The notes beneath the pieces are model-generated. The model had not been told where the DNA came from. It did no database searches and saw nothing but the letters and a program-made list of their open reading frames with translations. Below are positions 55,752-64,000 of a stretch of DNA of 64,000 bases, in pieces. The translations under genes were made by a program, and so were the position numbers. Source of the DNA: an uncultured Bacilli bacterium (GTDB lineage Bacteria; Bacillota_I; Bacilli_A; RF39; UBA660); NCBI GenBank assembly GCA_934163035.1, contig CAKPJX010000002.1, positions 79,062 through 143,061 on the forward strand, given 5' to 3'. How positions within the stretch are numbered: position 1 is the first letter of the stretch; every line of letters begins with the position of its first letter.

Positions 55752-57860
55752 CTACACCTTCTTAACAACCTCAAAATCTATAAGTTTTTCTTCTTTAGAT
55801 GCCCTTACTACCTTAACTATTACTCTTTCCCCAATAGAGTATTTTACATGAGTTTTCTCACCAGTTAAAGTCATAAGCTTTTCATCAAAATGGAAAAAGT
55901 CATTCATATTTCTAAAAGGAACAAGCCCTTCTATTAGATTATCTAAGGTAACAAACATTCCAAAATTAGTAATTGATGAAATCATACCTTCAAATTCCTC
56001 ACCAATATGACCTTCCATATATTCAGCCATTTTCATATCTTCAACTTCTCTTTCACAATCAACAGAAGCACGTTCTCTAGATGAAGAATGTTCACTAATA
56101 TATATAAGTTTTTCTTCCCATTTTCTAATTGTTCCCATATCTAATTTATTATCAAATAAATAGGTTCTAAGTAATCTGTGAACTGTTGTATCCGGATATC
56201 TTCTAATAGGTGAAGTAAAATGTGTATAACATGTACTAGCAAGACCATAGTGTCCTAAATTTTCAGGTTTATAAACAGCCTTCTGCATACAGCGTAATAA
56301 AAGACTTGATAATATTTTATATTCTTTTTTATCCTTTATAGCATTAAGTATTTTTTGTACAGTTGTAGGTCTAGTATCACTCAAATCTGCATTAACTTGA
56401 TAACCTAGGCTACCTATAAAACTTAAAAAGTCTCTGATTTTTTCTTCTTTTGGAACTTCATGTACACGATAAATAAATGGTAAATTCATAAAATAGACGT
56501 GTGTCGCAACACATTCATTAGCTGCAATCATAAAATCTTCTATTAAGTTTTCACCAACACCTCTATATCTAAGTTTTATCTCCGTTGGCTTACATTCACT
56601 ATCTACCAATATTTTAGCCTCATCTACATCAAAGTCAAGGTATCCTCTTTTAATTTTGTCTTTTCTAAGTATTGAAGAAAGTTCAGCCATTAATCTCAAA
56701 GATTGTTCATAAGGCTCATACCCTTCAGGTACAACATTCTTTTCTAAAATACTATTAACCTTGTTATATGTCATTTGAATACGTGACTTAATAACACTAG
56801 GGAATATTTCATAATCTAATCTCTTTCCAGCACCATCAAATTCCATCACACAAGAAACAGCTAATCTATCAACATTAGGATTCAAAGAACAAATTCCATT
56901 AGATAGCTCGTGTGGTAACATAGGAATAACTCTATCAACTAAATAAACACTAGTTCCTCTTTCCATAGCATCATTATCTAAAGGACTTCCCTCTTTAACA
57001 TAATAACTAACATCAGCAATATGAACTCCTAATTTATAATGACCATTTGGAAGTTTTTCAATTGATATAGCATCATCTATATCTCTAGTATCATCTCCAT
57101 CAATTGTAAATATTTCTTGACCTCTTAAATCTCTTCTACCAACTAAGTCTTCCTCTCTTACTTCCATTGGAATACTTTTTACCTCTTCAACTACATCATC
57201 TGGAAAAGTGGTTTCTATATTATACTTACAAGTAATAGATAAAATATCAACACCAGGATCATTTTTATGACCGATTATTTCCACAACCTTACCTTGATAT
57301 TTTGTATTATTATTAAGTTTTTTGACAAGAACTACTACTACTTTATGTCCATCAACTGCATTAAGCGATTTATCCTTTGGTACCTCTATATTTAGTTTAA
57401 TCTTCTTATCATCAAGAGTAATATGTCCCATACCCTTCTTATCAAAATTAATCTCACCAATATAACGCTCAGTTTGTCTTTTTATAATCCTTAGTATTCT
57501 ACCCTCTAATCTATCAATGTTCATTTTACTAGTAATTTCAACTAAAACAACATCATCATGAATTGCCCCATTCATATTAGCCTGTTCAACATAAACATCG
57601 TCTTGTAAATCATCCACTTCTACAAAACCATATCCTTTTTTATTAACACGCATAATACCTTTTCTTAAATGGCTTTTTTCAAGCATCATATATTTATCTT
57701 TATTAGAATGATAAATTATTACATCCTGCTCTAATTTTTTTAATTCATCTACTAATAATTTAGTATCATCGGTACTAGTAATACCTAATAAATCACTAAT
57801 TTCATAAATACTAAGCGCCTTGTCAGCATTCTTTAATACATTTAAAATATCATCTCTCAT
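55752..57860 (-). CDS. rnr: Ribonuclease R
   Basis: 702 aa. Cold-shock-like N-terminal domains, RNB motifs TIDGDDTRDIDDAIS and HFTSPIRRYPD, C-terminal S1 domain. Confidence 0.93.
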   Translation of the reverse strand: MRDDILNVLKNADKALSIYEISDLLGITSTDDTKLLVDELKKLEQDVIIYHSNKDKYMMLEKSHLRKGIMRVNKKGYGFVEVDDLQDDVYVEQANMNGAIHDDVVLVEITSKMNIDRLEGRILRIIKRQTERYIGEINFDKKGMGHITLDDKKIKLNIEVPKDKSLNAVDGHKVVVVLVKKLNNNTKYQGKVVEIIGHKNDPGVDILSITCKYNIETTFPDDVVEEVKSIPMEVREEDLVGRRDLRGQEIFTIDGDDTRDIDDAISIEKLPNGHYKLGVHIADVSYYVKEGSPLDNDAMERGTSVYLVDRVIPMLPHELSNGICSLNPNVDRLAVSCVMEFDGAGKRLDYEIFPSVIKSRIQMTYNKVNSILEKNVVPEGYEPYEQSLRLMAELSSILRKDKIKRGYLDFDVDEAKILVDSECKPTEIKLRYRGVGENLIEDFMIAANECVATHVYFMNLPFIYRVHEVPKEEKIRDFLSFIGSLGYQVNADLSDTRPTTVQKILNAIKDKKEYKILSSLLLRCMQKAVYKPENLGHYGLASTCYTHFTSPIRRYPDTTVHRLLRTYLFDNKLDMGTIRKWEEKLIYISEHSSSRERASVDCEREVEDMKMAEYMEGHIGEEFEGMISSITNFGMFVTLDNLIEGLVPFRNMNDFFHFDEKLMTLTGEKTHVKYSIGERVIVKVVRASKEEKLIDFEVVKKV

Positions 57861-57949
57861 AAAATCATCCCTTTATTATCTTCAAAACCATTATACTTTA
57901 TTTTTTTATTAATCACCAGTATTTTATCAAAAAAAAAGAACTAAAGTTC

Positions 57950-58165
57950 TTAAATAAACATAGATACAAGGCAAATTATAAAAAAACTAATACCTAGTAA
58001 AAATGTAACACGACTAACAAACAATTCAGAACCACGTTCTTTTCTTTTTGTAAACAAATCAGAGTTACCACCAGAAATAATCTGAGCAGCACCTTCAGCC
58101 TTACTACTTTGTAAAAGTACAATAATAATCAATAAAATTGAAATAATCAATAATACTGTTTCCAT
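57950..58165 (-). CDS. secG: Preprotein translocase subunit SecG
   Basis: 71 aa, two TM helices, LLQSSK..GG motif. ATG 58165 is preceded by GGAGG. Confidence 0.8.
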   Translation of the reverse strand: METVLLIISILLIIIVLLQSSKAEGAAQIISGGNSDLFTKRKERGSELFVSRVTFLLGISFFIICLVSMFI

Positions 58166-58352
58166 AAGCACCTCCATAACAATAAGTATATAATATCATA
58201 AATAATTAAGTATTTCAACAAATTTAACTAAATATACGTTTTTCGATACTTCATAAATAAAATATAGATCATATAAATATCAAAAGTAAGATAAATATTT
58301 TAAATTAATTTAAATGAAATATCACTACACTTTTATATATCATAATATATGA

Positions 58353-60026
58353 TTAATGAGTCAATTTATCCATTAATTCATCTATATTAATATCAATATG
58401 TTCATCTTTAGTTCTCTCTTTAAACTCAACAACACCTTGACTAGCCCCCCTACCGACAACAACACGATATGGAATACCAATCAAATCTGCATCCTTAAAT
58501 TTAACACCGGCTCTTAAATCTCTATCATCAAGCATCACTTCAACGTCAGCTTTAGTTAAATCATCATATAATTTATTGGCAAGATCAACTTGAGTCTCAT
58601 CTTTCATATTAACAATAACTATATCAACCTTATATGGAGCAATGGCCTCAGGGAAAATTATACCATGATCATCATTATTTTGTTCAACAACAGCTGCCAT
58701 TATTCTACCAACACCTATACCATAACTACCCATAGTAACAACTTGTTCCTTATTATTTTCATCCAAATAAGTTAAACCTAACTTTTCAGCATACTTAGTA
58801 CCAAGTTTGAATAAATTACCAACTTCAATACCCTTCTTTAAATATAAATTACCACCACAATGAGGACAAATATCTCCTTCTAAAACATTACTAATATCTG
58901 CAACCATATCATATTTAATGTCTCTAACATTAGCATTTATATAGTGGTATCCCTCTTTATTAGCCCCACAACAGAAGTTTTTCATACCTAAAACTTCCTC
59001 ATCAACTACAACTTTACAATTTAAGTTAATTGGCCCAGTAAATCCTGGTACAGCATTACTTGTACTAATAAGTACATCATCAGCAAAGCCAATTTCTTTT
59101 ACTCCAAATAACTTACAAGCTTTACTTTCACTAAACTCTCTATCTCCTCTAACAAAGAAAATAACTAATTCACCATTAACATTCATAAGTAAAGCCTTAA
59201 CAGACTTCTTAGCTGAAATATTTAAATAATTACAAACATCTTCAATACTCTCTTGATTTGGCGTTTCAACCATTTCTAGTCCTTTTAACTCTTCCTCTTC
59301 TTCGATATATTTATGTTCAGCAACTTCCATATTAACTGCATAATCACACTTATCACATAAAACCAAAGCATCTTCTCCAATATCTGTAAGTGCTTGGTAT
59401 TCCTCAGATAAAGTACCTCCCATAGCACCAGTATCAGCTTTAACTATTCTATAATCAATACCTATTCTATCATAAATATTATTATAAGCTTGCTTCATAA
59501 TATTGTAGCTATCATCAAGGCCGACCTCATCCTTATCAAAAGAATAAGCATCTTTCATTATGAATTCTCTGACTCTAATAAGGCCATATCTAGGTCTAGT
59601 TTCATCCCTAAACTTATCTGCTTGTTGATATAAAGTAAAATGTAAATCCTTATAACTTTGAACCATACTTTTAGCCGCAATAGTAAATAATTCTTCATGA
59701 GTTGGACCAAGTACGTAAGGCTTTTCATAACGATCATTTAAATTAAACATATCTTTACCAAAAGCTTCTGTTCTACCACATGTATCATAAACTTCTCTAG
59801 GTATTAAAGAAGGCATTAATAACTCTTGAGCCCCAGCCTTATCCATTTCATCTTTTACAATGTAACGAATCTTGTCAAGGACTCTAAGTCCTAAAGGTAA
59901 AAACATATAAATACCAGAACTAGTCTTCTTAATCATTCCACTACGTACCAATAAATTACCTGATTTACTGTCTTCATCTTTTACATCTTCACGTAAAGTA
60001 AAAAAATAGCTTTTACTTAATTTCAT
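58353..60026 (-). CDS. proS: Proline--tRNA ligase (bacterial type with INS editing domain)
   Basis: MKLSKSYFFTLRE N-terminus and class-II motifs (FRDE.RPRYGLIRVREF, GSYGIGVGR). ATG 60026 is preceded by GGAGG. The longer ORF-track start would run into the T-box terminator. Confidence 0.93.
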   Translation of the reverse strand: MKLSKSYFFTLREDVKDEDSKSGNLLVRSGMIKKTSSGIYMFLPLGLRVLDKIRYIVKDEMDKAGAQELLMPSLIPREVYDTCGRTEAFGKDMFNLNDRYEKPYVLGPTHEELFTIAAKSMVQSYKDLHFTLYQQADKFRDETRPRYGLIRVREFIMKDAYSFDKDEVGLDDSYNIMKQAYNNIYDRIGIDYRIVKADTGAMGGTLSEEYQALTDIGEDALVLCDKCDYAVNMEVAEHKYIEEEEELKGLEMVETPNQESIEDVCNYLNISAKKSVKALLMNVNGELVIFFVRGDREFSESKACKLFGVKEIGFADDVLISTSNAVPGFTGPINLNCKVVVDEEVLGMKNFCCGANKEGYHYINANVRDIKYDMVADISNVLEGDICPHCGGNLYLKKGIEVGNLFKLGTKYAEKLGLTYLDENNKEQVVTMGSYGIGVGRIMAAVVEQNNDDHGIIFPEAIAPYKVDIVIVNMKDETQVDLANKLYDDLTKADVEVMLDDRDLRAGVKFKDADLIGIPYRVVVGRGASQGVVEFKERTKDEHIDINIDELMDKLTH

Positions 60027-60040
60027 AAAAATTCCTCCTA

Positions 60041-60246
60041 AAAATAAAAAGAATGATACCAAAGGAGTGCAAATGCACGGTACCATCCTTACTTTAACTC
60101 TTTTTTCTAACGGTGCTTAACACCGGAAGTAAAACTTCTTCAGGAAAGTTAGGAATTATACCAGATTATAATTAAGTTCACACTATCCTTAACTCACTAC
60201 ATATAAGAGCCAGTATAATTATGGTCTTTCCAATGAATTTAAAACT
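60041..60246 (-). promoter_or_regulatory. T-box leader, Pro specifier (CCU)
   Basis: Minus strand: T-box core AAGGATGGTACCGTG and candidate specifier AUUCCUAA (CCU = plus 60151-60153). Terminator AAGGATGGTACC / GGTATCATTCTT (two G-U pairs) followed by a T-run. Confidence 0.8.
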
Positions 60247-60252
60247 GATAAT

Positions 60253-60281
60253 ATTCTATTATTAATTACCTATTTTGTCAA
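60253..60281 (-). promoter_or_regulatory. Promoter of the Pro T-box leader
   Basis: Minus strand: TTGACA (60276-60281), 17 nt, TAGAAT (60253-60258). Confidence 0.6.
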
Positions 60282-60287
60282 TAAAAA

Positions 60288-61523
<1,236 letters not shown>

Positions 61524-61766
61524 CTATTTATTAACACTATCAATATTTTGTAATTCAAATCTATATTCTTGTTCTACATCAGGATATTTTTCTCTATCAA
61601 CCTTAGAAACAAACATTTCATATGGCCTAGCATATAGTAAATTATCTCCATATAATGCTCTATATATTACGAGTCTCCCCCCCGTCTCACTATGTATCGC
61701 AACATCAAGTACTAAATAATAATCGCCTTTAAAATGTCTATAAATCCTATTCTTTTCTACTTCCAT
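61524..61766 (-). CDS. DUF1653-domain protein
   Basis: [40 protein letters not shown] matches the DUF1653 pattern. Confidence 0.7.
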   Translation of the reverse strand: MEVEKNRIYRHFKGDYYLVLDVAIHSETGGRLVIYRALYGDNLLYARPYEMFVSKVDREKYPDVEQEYRFELQNIDSVNK

Positions 61767-63111
61767 CTTTTAACTCCTCTACCTTCTTTTTAAATTCTGC
61801 TCCTCTAACTTCACACTCTTTATATTGATCCCATGAAGCTGATGCTGGACTAAGTAATATTACATCTCCTTCAGATGATTCTTCAAAGCATTTATCAAAT
61901 CCATCAGTTAAAAATTCATAGATATATGTAGGAATATTTTCCTTTAAACCAAAATCTAAAACCCTGTTTCTGCATTGACCTATTCCAACAATACACTTAA
62001 CATTTCCTAAATATGGAATAAGATCATCAAAATTCTGCCCACGATCAAGACCACCTAAAATTAAAATAATTGGTTCACTAAAAGAAGATAAAGCAATCTG
62101 TGTACATTTAGTATTAGTAGCCTCTGTATCATTATAAAATTTTCTTCCCTCTACAGTATCGACATACTCAAGTCTATGTTCAACACCCCTAAAATTACTA
62201 ATAACCTCTTTAATTACCTCATTTGAAACATTCAATTCTTTCGCTATCATTATAGCACACATACAATTCTCTATATTGTGTACCCCTTTAATAAAGATTT
62301 CATCATCAGAAATAACCTTTTCTCCATAATAGAAAATATCACCATTACTATAATAAGCACCACTTATTTCCTTTTGGCTAGAAAAATACTTAACTGTTGA
62401 TTTAATGTTCTTAGTAGAATCAATAACATCATCATTCTCTATATTTAAAATAGCTACATCATCAATTGTTTGATTTTGAAACAATTTAGTTTTAACTCGT
62501 TTATAATTATCATAACTCTTTAAAAAATCAATATGAGCTGGACTCAAGTTAGTCATAACTGCTATATCAGGTTTAAATTTACTCATATTTTCTAGTTGCT
62601 GGCAAGAAACTTCCATAACTATAATACTATCGTCTTTGATTTTATTTAAGATACCACATAAAGGATAGCCTATATTACCTGCTAAAAAGACTCTATCACC
62701 AAATGCTTTTTTAAGAATTTGGTAAGTAAGAGTTGTAGTTGTAGTCTTTCCATTAGTTCCAGTTATTGCTACTAATTTGACACCTTTTGGTAATAGTCTA
62801 TAAGCCATTTCAGCTTCATTAATAACTTCTATACCAAGTTTTCTAGCTTGTAAAACATATTTATGATCTATAGGAACTCCAGGGTTTTTAATTAAATAAT
62901 CAAAAGAACTATCTAACAAATCATCAGGATGAGAACCAAATACAAGCTCAACACCTAACTCTTTTAATTCTTTTATTTGATCCTTATCTAATTTCTCCTC
63001 TTCTTTTCCATCATTAAGTATAACTTTGTTTCCTCTTTCTATTAATACTTTAGCCGCAGCATAACCACTTCTAGCCAATCCAAGGATTAACACTTTCTTA
63101 TTTTCAAACAT
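61747..63111 (-). CDS. murD: UDP-N-acetylmuramoylalanine--D-glutamate ligase
   Basis: GLARSG (Rossmann N-domain), [12 protein letters not shown]-loop, C-terminal Mur ligase domain. 454 aa. Confidence 0.92.
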   Translation of the reverse strand: MFENKKVLILGLARSGYAAAKVLIERGNKVILNDGKEEEKLDKDQIKELKELGVELVFGSHPDDLLDSSFDYLIKNPGVPIDHKYVLQARKLGIEVINEAEMAYRLLPKGVKLVAITGTNGKTTTTTLTYQILKKAFGDRVFLAGNIGYPLCGILNKIKDDSIIVMEVSCQQLENMSKFKPDIAVMTNLSPAHIDFLKSYDNYKRVKTKLFQNQTIDDVAILNIENDDVIDSTKNIKSTVKYFSSQKEISGAYYSNGDIFYYGEKVISDDEIFIKGVHNIENCMCAIMIAKELNVSNEVIKEVISNFRGVEHRLEYVDTVEGRKFYNDTEATNTKCTQIALSSFSEPIILILGGLDRGQNFDDLIPYLGNVKCIVGIGQCRNRVLDFGLKENIPTYIYEFLTDGFDKCFEESSEGDVILLSPASASWDQYKECEVRGAEFKKKVEELKDGSRKE

Positions 63112-63221
63112 CTTATATCACCAATAATATTATACTACTAACTAGGCTATTTAACCACCATAAATTTATTGAAAGAATTTATTAAAATATGGTATAATAA
63201 CAAAAGAAAGGTGGCTTGCGC

Positions 63222-64000
63222 ATGAAAATAGTAACATTAAGACCAGAACAGTTTGACAAATTCGCATCAACTCATCGCTACAGAAATTATTTTCAAACAA
63301 CAGCGTATGGAAACACCATGACAAAATTCGGATATAAAGTTCACTATTTAGGAATAATTAATGACCTAAATTCCTTAATTGGTGCCACTATGATTATGTA
63401 TAAAGAAGTCTTCATGAAAAACAAAATAGCATATGCTCCAAGGGGAATACTATTTGACTATGAAAACACTAAGGCTGTTAAAGAATTGGGTACAAAACTT
63501 AAAAATCTACTAGGAAAACAAGGCTTTATGCTGCTAAGAATGGATCCATATATTCCGATAAGTGTTAGGAGTAATAATGGAGATATACTAAATATAAACA
63601 ATCAGGAAGATATGATTATCAAAGGTTTAAAACAAGCTGGATTCAGCTATAAAGGAAAGAATTTATACTTTGAAAATGAACATTCAAGATGGGAAGCACT
63701 AGTATTACTTAATAAACCCGAAGAAGAATTATTTAATAGTTTTGATAAAAGAACCAGAAACAAAATAAGAAAAGCAATTAATGCTGGAATAATTGTTGAA
63801 AAAGATGGTAAAAAAGATTTAAAGCCTCTATACGAATTTATCAAAAAAAAGGAAAGAAAATCTATAAAATTTTATGAAGAATTAAAAAACTCTTTTGAAG
63901 ATAATTTTGAAATATACTATGCCAAAATTGATACAGAATCTTTTGTAGTTAACAGTAGAAGAATTTATGAACAGGAACTACAAAATAATGAGCAACTTGC
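63222..64000 (+). CDS. FemAB-family peptidoglycan aminoacyltransferase, paralog 2 (3-prime partial, runs off the window)
   Basis: Not in the ORF track because no stop lies in the window. ATG 63222 is preceded by AAAGGTGG. Translation is MKIVTLRPEQFDKFASTHRYRNYFQTTAYG...YAPRGILFDY...FDKRTRNKIRKA, parallel to the protein at 14737-16050. Confidence 0.75.
   Translation, partial: MKIVTLRPEQFDKFASTHRYRNYFQTTAYGNTMTKFGYKVHYLGIINDLNSLIGATMIMYKEVFMKNKIAYAPRGILFDYENTKAVKELGTKLKNLLGKQGFMLLRMDPYIPISVRSNNGDILNINNQEDMIIKGLKQAGFSYKGKNLYFENEHSRWEALVLLNKPEEELFNSFDKRTRNKIRKAINAGIIVEKDGKKDLKPLYEFIKKKERKSIKFYEELKNSFEDNFEIYYAKIDTESFVVNSRRIYEQELQNNEQL

Overview
Visibly AT-rich chromosomal segment from a low-GC Gram-positive endospore former. 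It carries an alpha/beta SASP, Cse60 and Coat_F genes. Gene order resembles Bacilli/Erysipelotrichia (engB-nrnA-ackA-ssp-thiI-ezrA, rpsD, tyrS, leuS, trmB, secG-rnr-smpB...ssrA); this taxonomic placement is inference. About 60 genes are present, mostly on the minus strand. They cover translation (rpsD, tyrS, leuS, proS, tRNA-Asn, tmRNA, smpB, rnr), central metabolism (ackA, pflBA, eno, fhs, glyA, ndk), envelope functions (murD, two FemAB paralogs, two MOP flippase paralogs, VanY-like and NlpC/P60 hydrolases, cdaA-cdaR) and sporulation. Three T-box leaders were read directly, with specifiers UAC/Tyr, CUU/Leu and CCU/Pro. Several consensus sigma-A promoters and terminators are also visible. Accessory or unusual content: (1) two tandem hybrid sensor kinases in which the phospho-acceptor His of the H-box is Asn in both copies. 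(2) A promoter-defined exporter + aminotransferase + ATP-grasp module next to a GH31 gene. (3) A thioester-domain adhesin with a VPNTG sorting signal and its own small sortase, beside tRNA-Asn. (4) A 1553-bp IS with perfect 21-bp terminal inverted repeats and an 8-bp target duplication but a broken transposase, inserted upstream of cdaA. (5) A decayed Fe/Mn superoxide dismutase gene and a 650-bp gene-free stretch between glyA and ssrA. (6) A 22-nt element repeated just upstream of the -35 of the leuS-leader and glyA promoters. No CRISPR array, rRNA, prophage or recognisable defence system was seen. All family assignments come from motif recognition by eye and need HMM/BLAST confirmation.
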